NCBI GenBank assembly: GCA_963769935.1 | Contig: CAVYNY010000013.1 | Location: forward strand, 416,001-480,000 | Length of the DNA: 64,000 nucleotides | Direction of reading: 5' to 3' | Source of the DNA: an uncultured delta proteobacterium | Lineage (GTDB): Bacteria; Desulfobacterota; Desulfobacteria; Desulfobacterales; JAFDCJ01 | Shown: positions 40,881-51,503 of the stretch, one piece after another | Layout: each line of letters starts with the position of its first letter | Numbering within the stretch: the first letter of the stretch is position 1 | Program-made: the position numbers and the translations under genes | The notes under the pieces: generated by a model | Told to the model about the DNA's origin: nothing | Databases searched by the model: none | The model's input: the letters and a program-made list of their open reading frames with translations, nothing else

Positions 40881-40966
40881 ATTGATATCCTTACTATACG
40901 GTAGCGGCCGGCGAAACGGTCTTCATCCAGGCGTCCCCTTTTCGCTTCGCGCCGAACCTGGCACTG

Positions 40967-43900
40967 TCATGACCGGTGCTCATCTTCTTTGACGAAGCGC
41001 CTGGCATACGCCATATAATATACGACCGGCACGACCACCAGGGTGAAAAGGGTGGAAATAAAGACACCGAAAATCAGCGCCCATGCCAGGCCCGAAAAGA
41101 TGGGGTCCAGGGTGATGGGCCAGGCGGCCAGCATAACCGTCATTGAAGTGAGGAATATGGGACGGGTTCGCAAAGCCCCGGCCTCGATAAGGGAACGGAT
41201 GAGAGGTTTGCCCTCTTTTTTGCGCTCCTCGACGAATTCAATCAGCAGGATGGCGTTGCGGGTCGCAATTCCCGCCAGGGCGATCATGCCGATCATCGCC
41301 GTAGCCGTAAAATAGATCGGATTGGCAAAACCGCCGACCGCTTTGGCGGCCACCAGATTGAGCAACCAGAATCCCGGTATGATGCCGATGATGGACAGCG
41401 GCAGGGCAATCAGCTGGATGGCCGGCAGCAGATAGCTTTGGGTTTGATAAAGCAGCAGAATGTAGATGCCGAATACGGCCACCAAAAAGGCAATCCCCAT
41501 ATCGCGAAAAACCTGGAGGGTAATGTGCATTTCCCCTTCGCCGAACCAATTGATGTCATAGTCTTTGAGCCGGGGATCCGTTTTAACCTTCTCGGAGAGG
41601 GTAAACACCACCTCCGGTGGGGGAAGACCGGCCGTATCGCCGAAGACGTAAACGACCCGCTGCAGATTCTTGTGATAAATGGGCTGATCGATGACCTTTT
41701 CTTCAAAGGACCCCAGCTCTGAAAGAAATACCACATTTCCGGTTGCGCCCTTTATCGGCAGCTGCCCAAGGCTGGCTGGCAGCGTCCGCCGGTCGCGTGG
41801 CAGCTGCAGGACAACGGGCAGGGGGTGGACCTGGTCCGGCAGCCGCAGAGCAGTGGTATCCTCACCGTTAACCGCCCCCTGCAGAAGGGCCGCGATTTGC
41901 TGATCGTTAATGCCGTTGAGTGCGGCTTTGGTTCGATCCACCCGGAAGACAACCTCTTTCTGCGGGGCTACGATCACGTCGTGCAGGTCTACCACATCCG
42001 GGATCTCGGCCATAAGACGCCGCACGTTCCGGGCCCCTTCCACCAGCGCTGCGTAGGACTGGTCGAAGCTGGCCGGGAAAACTTCGGCCACCAGGGTCGC
42101 GATGACAGGGGGCCCGGGCGGGCTCTCGACAATCTGAATTTCGGCGCGGTGACGCCGGGCGATCGCGGTCAGTTCGTTCCTCAGTCTGAGGGCAATGGCG
42201 TGGCTCTGCTGGGCCCTGTGCTTCTTCGCAACGAGGTTCAACCGGATATCGCCCTGATAGATGCCGTGCCGCAGATAGTAATGGCGCACAAGCCCGTTGA
42301 AATCCATGGGGCTGTTGGTGCCCGCGAACGTCGTCACATCGGTGACCTCCGGGAGCCGGACCAGGTAGTCGGCCAGGGTGTGGGAGACCGCTGCGGTGGT
42401 CTCCAAACTGGTTCCCCGCGGCATATCGATGACGACCTGGAGCTGGTTCTTGTTGTCAAACGGCAGCATCTTGAGTGGAACCCGGCGGGACAGCACGAGC
42501 CATCCGGCAAATCCCAGGAGGAGAACGACCACCATAATGACCGCTTTGCGCAAACCCGGCGAACGGAAGAAAGGCGCCATTATCGCCCGATAAAGGCGAA
42601 ACAGGGGGCTTTCCTCCAGGACAAACGGCTTTTCAGCCGGTTTGTCGTATCCTCCTTTTAAGAGATGGTAGGATAGCCAGGGGGTGATGGTGAAGGCGAC
42701 CACCATGCTCATGAGCATGGTCAGCGGCACATTGAGCGCCATGGGCGCCATGTACGGCCCCATCATGCCGGTGATAAAAAACATGGGCAGAAAGGATATG
42801 ATCACGGCGAATGTAGCCAGAATAATGGGCGGTCGCACCTCATTCACGGCGTTGAGTACTGCCTGGAGGGGATCGTGGGTTCGCATGGCGAAATGGCGGT
42901 GGATATTTTCCACATCCACGATAGGGTCATCCACCACGAGCCCCAAGGCCAGGATCAGGGCGAAAAGCGTCACCCGGTTGATGGTATAGCCCAGCAGGTA
43001 ATTGATCAGCAGCGTGAGGCTGAAAGTGATGGGCACAGCCAGGGCAATGATCAGTCCCTCGCGCCACCCTAAAGTGTAGGCTAAAAGGGCTACCACAATG
43101 ATGATGGCGACCACCAAAGCCTCGACCAGATCGTTTACTTTGTCGTCGGCGCTGCGGCCAGAGTCCCTGGTGACGCGCAGAAAGACGCCTTCCGGCAGCG
43201 CCTGCTCGGCAAACAGCCGGGCCTCGGTTTGAACCTCCCGCGAGACTATGACCGCATTGGTTTTTTTGCGCTTGGCAACGGCCACGGTTACCGCCGGGTA
43301 CTCCTTGTAGCGCTCGATTCCGGCAGGCATTTCACTTTGGGGCGCGGCCGGATCCCATGCCGTGAAGGCGCCTGTTCCGAAGGCAATCCGAGTATAGTCC
43401 TTGGCTTCCGTCGGGCCGTCCCGGACTTTGGCCACCTCCCATAAATAAACCGGCTGATCCTGGTAGACGCCGACGATCAAATTTTTTACCGCTTGCGCCG
43501 AGGCGAGAAAACTGCCGGCTTTGAGCCGAATGTCGGCATCCTGTTGGGTCAGGTCCCCGGCCTGCAGGGCAACATTGGCTCCGGTCAGGGCGCGCTGAAT
43601 GTCCTGCATGGAGATGCCGCGGCTTGCCATGCGTTCGGGAAAGAGATGAACGCTCACCTCCCGCGGCCGGCCGCCGACAAGGTAGGTCGGTCCGGCGTTG
43701 GATACAGCCTGCAGACGGATCTCCATTTCCTCCGCCATCCGGCGGAGCTCATAGTCGCTGTATTCGGCGCTGTAAAGCGTAATGGCCACGATGGGCACAT
43801 CGTCGATTTCCTTGGGTTTGACCACCCAGCCGCTGACTCCCGGCGGCACCTTGTCGATGTTGGAACTGATCTTGTTGTAAAGTTTCACCCAGCTTCTTTC

Positions 43901-44236
43901 CAGGTCTTCGCCGACATAATAACGGACCGTGACAATGGACATCGCTGGATTGCTGACGGAATAGACATACTCGACACCGGGAATCTGGTAGAGCAGTTTT
44001 TCCAATGGGGTGGACACCTGCCGTTCTACTTCCCTGGCCGAAGCCCCCGGCATGGAGATCATCACATCGGCCATGGGGACGACGATCTGGGGGTCCTCCT
44101 CCCGCGGCGTAATGCTGAGCGCCGCAATCCCGGCAATCAAGCTGATGAATATAAATGCCACCGACATGTTGCCCTGCAGAAAGGTCGCGACGATGCGATT
44201 GATTAATTTATGGGAGGCGCCCGGGGATTCGGTCAT
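40967..44236 (-). CDS. RND efflux permease
   Basis: PREEDPQI, GLVVDDPIV, RNAILL, RTRPI, DPIFSGLA. Confidence 0.93.
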   Translation of the reverse strand: MTESPGASHKLINRIVATFLQGNMSVAFIFISLIAGIAALSITPREEDPQIVVPMADVMISMPGASAREVERQVSTPLEKLLYQIPGVEYVYSVSNPAMSIVTVRYYVGEDLERSWVKLYNKISSNIDKVPPGVSGWVVKPKEIDDVPIVAITLYSAEYSDYELRRMAEEMEIRLQAVSNAGPTYLVGGRPREVSVHLFPERMASRGISMQDIQRALTGANVALQAGDLTQQDADIRLKAGSFLASAQAVKNLIVGVYQDQPVYLWEVAKVRDGPTEAKDYTRIAFGTGAFTAWDPAAPQSEMPAGIERYKEYPAVTVAVAKRKKTNAVIVSREVQTEARLFAEQALPEGVFLRVTRDSGRSADDKVNDLVEALVVAIIIVVALLAYTLGWREGLIIALAVPITFSLTLLINYLLGYTINRVTLFALILALGLVVDDPIVDVENIHRHFAMRTHDPLQAVLNAVNEVRPPIILATFAVIISFLPMFFITGMMGPYMAPMALNVPLTMLMSMVVAFTITPWLSYHLLKGGYDKPAEKPFVLEESPLFRLYRAIMAPFFRSPGLRKAVIMVVVLLLGFAGWLVLSRRVPLKMLPFDNKNQLQVVIDMPRGTSLETTAAVSHTLADYLVRLPEVTDVTTFAGTNSPMDFNGLVRHYYLRHGIYQGDIRLNLVAKKHRAQQSHAIALRLRNELTAIARRHRAEIQIVESPPGPPVIATLVAEVFPASFDQSYAALVEGARNVRRLMAEIPDVVDLHDVIVAPQKEVVFRVDRTKAALNGINDQQIAALLQGAVNGEDTTALRLPDQVHPLPVVLQLPRDRRTLPASLGQLPIKGATGNVVFLSELGSFEEKVIDQPIYHKNLQRVVYVFGDTAGLPPPEVVFTLSEKVKTDPRLKDYDINWFGEGEMHITLQVFRDMGIAFLVAVFGIYILLLYQTQSYLLPAIQLIALPLSIIGIIPGFWLLNLVAAKAVGGFANPIYFTATAMIGMIALAGIATRNAILLIEFVEERKKEGKPLIRSLIEAGALRTRPIFLTSMTVMLAAWPITLDPIFSGLAWALIFGVFISTLFTLVVVPVVYYMAYARRFVKEDEHRS

Positions 44237-45453
44237 GGCAGGGCCACCTCCTCTCCTTCCTGCAGGCCCGTTAAGACTTCCACCCGGTCGTCATGTCTTG
44301 GGCCAAGGGTTACAAACCGCCGGTGGGGATAGCCGTCTGTGTCCAGCACGCTCACCAGGTGAAGCTGGCCGACTTCCCGCACGGCCGCCGCCGCAACGAC
44401 CAGGCTGCGATACGTTCCATAGGGAATCCCCAACCGGCCGTAAAGTCCGCTGACGAGGTTCGCTTGCGGGGCAAGCGCGATCTTGACCAGCGTGGTGCGG
44501 GAAGCAGGTTCCGCCTGGGGCACAATCTCCGCGATGGCGCCCTCCATCGTCGCCGAGAGCGCATCGATCTCCACCGTCAGGATCTGGCCCACCTCCAGGT
44601 GCGCAATGAGTGATTCGGCGATGTAGGCATGCAGCTGAGGCTGAGCGGCGACATCCAGCAGGAACAACGGCTGTCCGGGTGTCACCATATCGCCGATATC
44701 CACCATTTTTCGAATGACCCGCCCGGAGAAAGGTGCCCGGATCAGCGCGTAGCTGAGCATCGTCCGGGCCTCAAACACGGCCGCCTGAGCATGCTGCATC
44801 TGAGCCTCCATCCGCTTGACATCATCGCCGGCGGCGTTGACTTCCCGGCCGGCAGCTTGCAGCTGCGCTTCAGCCACGTCTTTCTGGGCCCGTATTTGCT
44901 GCAGCTGCTGTCCGGTGGCGGCCTTCTTGCGATAAAGGTCCTCGTAGTGCTGATAATCCCAACCGGCCAGCCGTTTTCTGGCCTGGGCCGCTTCCCGCTG
45001 CGCAACCGCGGCATCGAGTCTGGATTTGGCGGCCTCCATGGCGCGGGAGGCAGCCTCTACCTGGGATTGAGCCTGACGAAGCCGGGCCAGGATTTCGCGA
45101 TCGTCCAGCGTCGCCAACAGGGTGCCGTCGTTGCCTTCCAAACCCGGCGCTTCGACCCGGCTGCCTTCGTGGACCAGAATTTCTCTGACTTGTGCCATGA
45201 TCCGGCTGGCGATCCGCGCCTGGGTCTGGCTTCTGACCGTGCCGACCTGTTCCGCAATCAATGGGAATTCCCGCAGCTCAACCCGGGCGCTTGCAACGCA
45301 CGGCGGTTTGGATTTGGCTACCGGCGGACCGGGTTTTACTTTGCTGAGAAAAGTACCGGAAAGCCACAGCATGAGAAGTATTAAAAGCGCCAACACGCCC
45401 AGTCCCTTGGCGCTTCCGCTAAACAGCCGGCGCCTGCGCGACCGATCACTCAT
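44233..45453 (-). CDS. RND periplasmic adaptor (MFP)
   Basis: N-terminal TM, long helical hairpin, IRAPFSG, GLQEGE. Confidence 0.9.
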   Translation of the reverse strand: MSDRSRRRRLFSGSAKGLGVLALLILLMLWLSGTFLSKVKPGPPVAKSKPPCVASARVELREFPLIAEQVGTVRSQTQARIASRIMAQVREILVHEGSRVEAPGLEGNDGTLLATLDDREILARLRQAQSQVEAASRAMEAAKSRLDAAVAQREAAQARKRLAGWDYQHYEDLYRKKAATGQQLQQIRAQKDVAEAQLQAAGREVNAAGDDVKRMEAQMQHAQAAVFEARTMLSYALIRAPFSGRVIRKMVDIGDMVTPGQPLFLLDVAAQPQLHAYIAESLIAHLEVGQILTVEIDALSATMEGAIAEIVPQAEPASRTTLVKIALAPQANLVSGLYGRLGIPYGTYRSLVVAAAAVREVGQLHLVSVLDTDGYPHRRFVTLGPRHDDRVEVLTGLQEGEEVALP

Positions 45454-46903
45454 GGCGCACCTCCATCCAGTTTGCAAACTCACCCAAGGTCTGTCTCAAG
45501 ACGGTCTGGGCAATTTTGCCCTCGAATAGGGCGGCGGTGTAAGCGACCTCCGCTCGGTTCCATGCGACGGTTGCCTGCAGGAGGGCATCCACTTTAACGA
45601 TCTCGTTTTGATAAAGATTCCTGGTTTCCTCAAGCGCCTCCCGTGCGTAGCGCTTGCGGTCAGCCGCCACGCGAATCTTCTGGGCGGCGTCTTCGATGGC
45701 GAGTACGGCCTGATTGACCTCCAGGGCAATGTCCAGCGCCACCTGCTCCCCCCTGGCCTGAAGCGCTTTCAAATCGGCCTGCGCCTGGCCGATCTTAGCA
45801 AGCGTCAGTCCGCCCTGGAAAAGCGGCCAGGTGGCCTGAACGGCCAACATCCAGCTGGTGCCGCTGTCGCCGAAATCCTCGGAATCCCACTGGTACCAGG
45901 ACTGGGCGGCAAGTTTCGGCCAAAGGTCCCCCTTGGCCGACTGCACCCGGTTCAGGGCCGCCGCGATCATAGCGCTCACCCCCGCTAATTCCGGGCGGCG
46001 TTCCAGCGCCTGTTCTATCAGCCCCGCCGCTTCCTCTGTCGGTTCGGCGGCATCGGCCGGCAGCTCGGTCGGCGAAGACGCCGGCGGAATTTCAGGGGCA
46101 TCAATCGGCCGGGTTATTAGCCGCTCAAGGGCGGCCTGCAGCCTTCGAGCGCTCGTTTCAGCCGTCACCAGATTGCCGTGCTGCTCAGCCGTCTGGGTCT
46201 TGAGGCGCAGGACTTCGCTGGGCAGGGCGATTTCAGCGGCCAGGCGCGCCTCGCCCAATTGTTCGTCGGTGCGGGCCGCTTCGAGCGCCGCTTCGGCAAC
46301 GTGAATGAAATCAAGGGCCTGAAGCCAGCGGTAATAGGTTTCCGCAACCGTCGCTACAAGCCGGTTGCGGGCGGCCAAAAGCTCGGCTTCAACCGAGCGC
46401 CTCTGGTTGTCGGCCGCCTGCCGGTCGTGCCAGCGGCTGCCGCCCTCGAAAATGGACAACTCCCCTTGAATCCGCGAGGAGAAGTTTTGCTGCTGTCCGG
46501 GATGGTTGAAATTGGTCTCGACTTCAAGCTGCCGCTGGTTGATGATGTTCATGAGGGCAAAGACCGGGTTGTCCGTCACGTTGAATCCTTCCGTGACGAT
46601 CACCCGCGGGTAAAAGGCCGCCTCCGCCTGGTGCACCTGTTCACCGGCAGCGTCCAGGCGTCGTCGAATCTGCTCCAACTCCGGACTGGCCGCAAGCGCC
46701 TCCTGGATTGCCTGGTCCACCGTCAGGGATGCCGGCGATTGGCCGGCGGCTTCGCGGGCGTTTTTCGCCCAGCGCTGCCGCACAGCGGCGGCCGTGAAGG
46801 AAGTTTCGCCATATGGCGCTGCCTGATCGGAAGAGATACAGCCGGCAGCGGTCCACAGCATCAAAATCCCTAAGACTTGCAAACCCCACGTTTTTTTCGA
46901 CAT
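45446..46903 (-). CDS. TolC family outer-membrane protein (lipoprotein)
   Basis: lipobox AAGC; LTVDQAIQEAL, RRPEL, WPLFQGG. Confidence 0.9.
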   Translation of the reverse strand: MSKKTWGLQVLGILMLWTAAGCISSDQAAPYGETSFTAAAVRQRWAKNAREAAGQSPASLTVDQAIQEALAASPELEQIRRRLDAAGEQVHQAEAAFYPRVIVTEGFNVTDNPVFALMNIINQRQLEVETNFNHPGQQQNFSSRIQGELSIFEGGSRWHDRQAADNQRRSVEAELLAARNRLVATVAETYYRWLQALDFIHVAEAALEAARTDEQLGEARLAAEIALPSEVLRLKTQTAEQHGNLVTAETSARRLQAALERLITRPIDAPEIPPASSPTELPADAAEPTEEAAGLIEQALERRPELAGVSAMIAAALNRVQSAKGDLWPKLAAQSWYQWDSEDFGDSGTSWMLAVQATWPLFQGGLTLAKIGQAQADLKALQARGEQVALDIALEVNQAVLAIEDAAQKIRVAADRKRYAREALEETRNLYQNEIVKVDALLQATVAWNRAEVAYTAALFEGKIAQTVLRQTLGEFANWMEVRHE

Positions 46904-47060
46904 CCACCCTCCCCTGGGTCGGCATCATCACATCCGAATTATTTATGATTTTCGACCCGCCGCTTAAAAGGCAACCTCCGGCAATGCTGTCAGGAAGATG
47001 CCCTATCCGTCGCTGCCCTACTGCGGTCCCTTTTAAAACCTCCGAACTCCCACTTCATCG

Positions 47061-49799
47061 TCAAGTGGCGTCGTTATAATCGGGCGACAGTTGCACTTGA
47101 AAAGGCGGCATCAGCCCCAGGGTCGTCGGTAGGCCTACCGGCAGGCCTGCGATTTTGGGAGGCAGACTGGGCATGCAGCGCACGGGCAGCCGATAGGTTG
47201 CAGCATGCATCTTAAAACGGACGATCCCTCCTTCCTGCAGGCCGAGCTGCGCCATATCCCGGTCGTTTAGACCGATATAAGGCTCAGGGGCCCGCTGCGC
47301 GATTCCGGCTGCCAGCATACTCAGCTCCTCTGATCCGAAAATGTGATGAATCGCTACAACCAGCCACTGCCCCGGCGGTGGTTCGGTATGGGTCGGAACG
47401 TGTGTGAAATATGGGATCTCTTCACAGGTTTGAAACTCAAACAGGCGACGCCCCGGGTCGCCGCCGCGCAGCGGTCCGCCGACTTCCTCCTGGAACCTGT
47501 TCAGCGCCTGCACCGAATTCCATCCGGGCGCCCAATAATTGGTAATCAAAGAGGAAGGCGGCTGCCCTTCGAATCCTTCCATGGAAAAGGACAATGGCGA
47601 TTGATGATCAGCCGGCGGCTTGGATTCGTGGATCGACATGTTCGCTTCGATCGCCGTCCGGCCGCTGTACCGGAAAGTTTGGCGCGGTATCTTCATGCCC
47701 ACCTCGCGGAACCCGGCCGGCGGTGCGATGCGCGGCGCAGGGGTGAAATCTTTCAGGTCTTCGGCCATGGCCGCCAGAACGTCCTCTAGCTGCTGCCACC
47801 ATAGGCCTTCCGGGCGCCGGCTGGCGGCCATCATGTCGCGCAGCCACATCCAGCTGGGTTGAATGTCGCCCTCCGGCGCAAAGACCTGGTAGGAGCGCTG
47901 CAGACGCCCCTCGTTGTTCATCAGGGTGCCCTCTGACTCGGCAAAGGTGGCCGCCGGCAGCACGGCTTCAGCCCGCGCGGCGGTGGCATTCTCCAGGTGG
48001 TCGAGCACGATGAGATGGCCGCAGTCGTTCAGGAACCGGTCGATAACCGCGGACGGCGCCCGGCGGTAAAGTTCGTTTTCCAGGACGACGGCCGTCGGCC
48101 TGCGGCCGTGTTTTACAGCCTCAAATGCCTCGGAAAGCGGACGGCCTCCCATGAGTCGCAGACCCAGACTGTTGCATTCGGGCACCACCAGGCCCAACTC
48201 CGATGGTTGGCCGCCGGCGCACAGGGCCCAGGCGACATTAACGGCCGCCTGCATGACAGCGGCGCTGCCCAGACTTGTGCCCGAAATGATAATGGGCCGC
48301 TTGGCGCGCTTTAATTTGTCGGCGATTTCCCCTGCCAGCGGGTGCAGTTCAGCGGACAAGCCGGCAGCGGGTGGAACCATTGCGGAAAGGGCGTGAGCGA
48401 CTGCAAACCCAAGCTGTGCCAACTGATCCGGTGCTGCCCGCACGGCAGCGGCCGCGACGGCATCCAGTTTGGTGGCATGGGTTGTGGCCACATAGAGCGG
48501 GCTGGGTTCTTCATGGACAATCTCGCCGATGGCCGCATCGTTCCAGACGGGTATTCCCAGGCGGATCTCCTCTGGCGTCTGCCGCCGTCTCAGCCACTGC
48601 CGCAACGATAGGTCCAACATCGGGGCGGTATTGGTGATATCTTCTCCCAGAATCAACATGGCATCAGCCTGCTCCAGGTCTCGCAGGGATGGAGAACGCG
48701 CCGGGCCGTTGCGGTGCATATCAATGGCCAGGCCAACCAGCTCATAGTCCTGCTCGGACATCCCCAGATAAAAGTTCTCCGGCCCCACCAGGGTGCGCAG
48801 AACGAAATTGGACTCCAAGGAGGCGCGCGGCGAGCCGATGCCGATCACGTCTTGGCCCGCACCAAGCAGCTGCGCCAGACGTTGCAGGATGCTGTCCTTT
48901 GAAACCGCATTCGCCTCAACATTGACGGAGTCGCCCGGGGAGCTTTTCAGCAAAGGTCGGCGAATACGACGAGGGTGGTTGACAAACAGGTAGCCGTAAC
49001 GCCCGCGGTCGCAGAGAAAATAGCCGTTCACATCGGCGTTGTAGCGGTTCCGAATGCGGCGCAATTCACCGCAGCGCTCAGCCGGGAAAGTGTTGCACCC
49101 CAGTCCGCAGTGGACGCAGATGGAGGGCGCCGTCTGCAGGTCCCACTTGCGCGTGTAATGTCGGGCCGAGGTCTTGTCCGTAAAGACCCCGGTCGGACAG
49201 ACTTCGACCAGGTTGCCGCTGAATTCGCTCTCCAGCGGACCGTCGGCCTGACGCCCGAAGTAGACGCGGTTATGAGCTCCATATACGCCCAGGTCGAGGC
49301 CTCCGGCGTATTCGTTGTAAAAACGCACGCACCGGTAGCAGTGAATGCAGCGGTTCATCTCGTGCCGGATAAAGGGCCCCAGGTCCTGATTGCGGTAGGT
49401 TCGCTTCTTGAAGCGGAAACGCCGGCGGCTGTGCCCGGTCATCGCCGTCATGTCCTGCAGGTGGCACTCTCCGCCTTCGTCGCACACGGGGCAATCGTGG
49501 GGGTGGTTGATCATGAGCAGTTCGATCATTTGGGCCCGAAAACGCATGACCTCAGGGTCTTCAATGGAGATACGCGTGCCGTCTGCGGCGGGCGTCAAAC
49601 ACGCCATGACGATCTTGCCCGTCTGGTCGTTCTCATCTTTGAAAAGCTTAACCGCACATAGCCGGCAGGCACCCACCGAGCCCATGGCCGGATGCCAACA
49701 AAAATAGGGTATATTAAAGCCCAACGAAAGGCAAACATGCAGCAGGTTCTGCCCCTCTTCGGTCTCATACGGCCGGCCTTCAATGTAGATGGTAGGCAT
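47061..49799 (-). CDS. nuoG: NADH-quinone oxidoreductase subunit G (long type)
   Basis: CWHP..GACRLC, HPHDCPVCDEGGECHLQ, CIHCYRC, CPTG, CVHCGLGC (N7). Confidence 0.95.
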   Translation of the reverse strand: MPTIYIEGRPYETEEGQNLLHVCLSLGFNIPYFCWHPAMGSVGACRLCAVKLFKDENDQTGKIVMACLTPAADGTRISIEDPEVMRFRAQMIELLMINHPHDCPVCDEGGECHLQDMTAMTGHSRRRFRFKKRTYRNQDLGPFIRHEMNRCIHCYRCVRFYNEYAGGLDLGVYGAHNRVYFGRQADGPLESEFSGNLVEVCPTGVFTDKTSARHYTRKWDLQTAPSICVHCGLGCNTFPAERCGELRRIRNRYNADVNGYFLCDRGRYGYLFVNHPRRIRRPLLKSSPGDSVNVEANAVSKDSILQRLAQLLGAGQDVIGIGSPRASLESNFVLRTLVGPENFYLGMSEQDYELVGLAIDMHRNGPARSPSLRDLEQADAMLILGEDITNTAPMLDLSLRQWLRRRQTPEEIRLGIPVWNDAAIGEIVHEEPSPLYVATTHATKLDAVAAAAVRAAPDQLAQLGFAVAHALSAMVPPAAGLSAELHPLAGEIADKLKRAKRPIIISGTSLGSAAVMQAAVNVAWALCAGGQPSELGLVVPECNSLGLRLMGGRPLSEAFEAVKHGRRPTAVVLENELYRRAPSAVIDRFLNDCGHLIVLDHLENATAARAEAVLPAATFAESEGTLMNNEGRLQRSYQVFAPEGDIQPSWMWLRDMMAASRRPEGLWWQQLEDVLAAMAEDLKDFTPAPRIAPPAGFREVGMKIPRQTFRYSGRTAIEANMSIHESKPPADHQSPLSFSMEGFEGQPPSSLITNYWAPGWNSVQALNRFQEEVGGPLRGGDPGRRLFEFQTCEEIPYFTHVPTHTEPPPGQWLVVAIHHIFGSEELSMLAAGIAQRAPEPYIGLNDRDMAQLGLQEGGIVRFKMHAATYRLPVRCMPSLPPKIAGLPVGLPTTLGLMPPFQVQLSPDYNDAT

Positions 49800-49802
49800 C
49801 GG

Positions 49803-51077
49803 TTACCTCCACGGGCATTTCTGCCCGACGATGTGTTGCTCAAAATCATCCCGAAAGTGCTTGAGCGCACTTGCCAGCGGCTCCATGGCACCGGACGCCA
49901 AATCGCAAAAGGTATGGCCGGGGGCCATCATCTGGACCAATTCCGGCAGTAAGTCGAAGTCTTCGCTCTTGGCGCTGCCCGCTTCGATTTCGTGCAGCAG
50001 CTCCGCTACCCATGGAAGTCCCTCCCGGCAGGGGGTGCACCAGCCGCAGGATTCACCGGCATAGAACTTTTCCAGGTTATGAACCATCGCAACCGGACAG
50101 GTTTGATCGTCGAGAACGATCAGGGTGCCGGTGCCCAGCCGGCTTCCGACCTTTTGCAGTGAGGCGATATCCAGCGGTGTATCCAGTTCTTTTGCGAGGA
50201 CAAAACCGCTGGAGGCGCCTCCCGGCATAACCGCTCGTAATTTCAACCCCCCACGCATGCCACCGGCATACTGCTCCAACACTTCGCGGATGGTAATGCC
50301 TGTCGGCAGCTCCCAAACCCCCGGCTTATTAACTTTGCCGCTCACACAATAAATCTTGGTCCCGCCTTCCGCGGTTCGCCCCAGACTGAGGTACCATTGC
50401 GGACCGTTAACAATGATGGGCGGCACGCTGAAAAGCGTTTCGACATTGTTTACCACGGTCGGCTTGCCGAAAAAGCCCTCGGTCGACATGTGCGGCGGTT
50501 TATGCCGTGGAGTCGGTCGCCGGCCTTCAAGGGCGTTGATCATGGCGGAAGCTTCGCCGCAGATATAGCGGCCGGCACTGGAGTGCACGTAAAGCTCCAG
50601 ATTCATATGGGAGCCGAGGATGTTTTTGCCGAGCAGGTTGTGCGCGTACGCCTCGTCGATGGCCTTCGCCAGGCGCCCGGCGGCTTTGCGGTAGGATGCG
50701 CGCAGGAAGATGTAAGCTGTTTCGGCCTCAATCGCATAGGATGCCAAAGCGATCCCCTCAATGAGCTGATGCGGGCTGCCCTCCATGAGAAAGCGATCCT
50801 TGAAGGTGCCGGGCTCCATTTCATCGGCATTGCAGGTCATATATTTGACGGCGGAAGCTTGCTCGCCCCTGGGCATAAAGCTCCACTTGCGGCCGGTTGA
50901 AAAGCCGGCCCCTCCGCGGCCGTGCAGTTTGGCGTCCTGGACGATGCCAATCACCGCCTGCGGCGTCAGGTTGTGCAGCGCCCGGCGCAGGCCCTGGTAT
51001 CCGCCGGCCGCTTCATATTCCTTCAGGCTCAGGGGTTGTCCGTCGGAGCGGAAAGAACCGGTCATGGGCAGCTCCAT
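49803..51077 (-). CDS. nuoF: NADH-quinone oxidoreductase subunit F
   Basis: GRGGAGF, NADEMEPGTFKDR, YICGE, ESCGWCTPCREG; GGAGG RBS. Confidence 0.95.
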   Translation of the reverse strand: MELPMTGSFRSDGQPLSLKEYEAAGGYQGLRRALHNLTPQAVIGIVQDAKLHGRGGAGFSTGRKWSFMPRGEQASAVKYMTCNADEMEPGTFKDRFLMEGSPHQLIEGIALASYAIEAETAYIFLRASYRKAAGRLAKAIDEAYAHNLLGKNILGSHMNLELYVHSSAGRYICGEASAMINALEGRRPTPRHKPPHMSTEGFFGKPTVVNNVETLFSVPPIIVNGPQWYLSLGRTAEGGTKIYCVSGKVNKPGVWELPTGITIREVLEQYAGGMRGGLKLRAVMPGGASSGFVLAKELDTPLDIASLQKVGSRLGTGTLIVLDDQTCPVAMVHNLEKFYAGESCGWCTPCREGLPWVAELLHEIEAGSAKSEDFDLLPELVQMMAPGHTFCDLASGAMEPLASALKHFRDDFEQHIVGQKCPWR

Positions 51078-51314
51078 CGCTTTGACCTCCAATTGGTGTG
51101 GCCCTGCCAGTCGAATCTAGTCAATGCTTTTCTGGTGCAGGCCTCGGAATTCGACCGAATTTTAAAAGTTTTAAATTTTAATGGAGAAAATACACAAAAA
51201 TTTGAAGTGGTAGAAGTATTAAAAGTGATCTATACCACTGCCAAAATCTTAAAAAAAATGGGTTATATTGTGTATTTTAATAGAATAAGCTATGTATTTT
51301 AAGTAAAGAATCCT

Positions 51315-51503
51315 GGCCCGGAGGCCCCGCCGAAGGCGGGGTTTGACTTCACCCCAGCTTCCGGCTCGTAGAGCCTACAGCTCGGAGAGAGGGATGGTGC
51401 TGGCTCTCAGAGAACCCATGAAATAATGGAATGGTGGCCTCCGGCTCGGAGAGCCTACGGATCGGAGAGCCTACGGATCGGAGAGAAAAATGGAATATTG
51501 GGG
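51315..51503. repeat. composite intergenic element: hairpin plus 16-bp repeats (GGCTCGGAGAGCCTAC)
   Basis: CCCCGCC-GAA-GGCGGGG hairpin; several imperfect GG(C/A)TCG(G/T)AGAGCCTAC units. Confidence 0.75.

Noticed and set aside
28460..51120. Many long alternative-frame and antisense ORFs (for example 30503-31597, 32125-33183, 38584-39441)
   Set aside because: They are shadows of GC-rich real genes and carry no independent motifs.
51362..51486. 16-bp repeats as a possible CRISPR array
   Set aside because: Units are too short and mostly contiguous, with no regular unique spacers and no cas genes.
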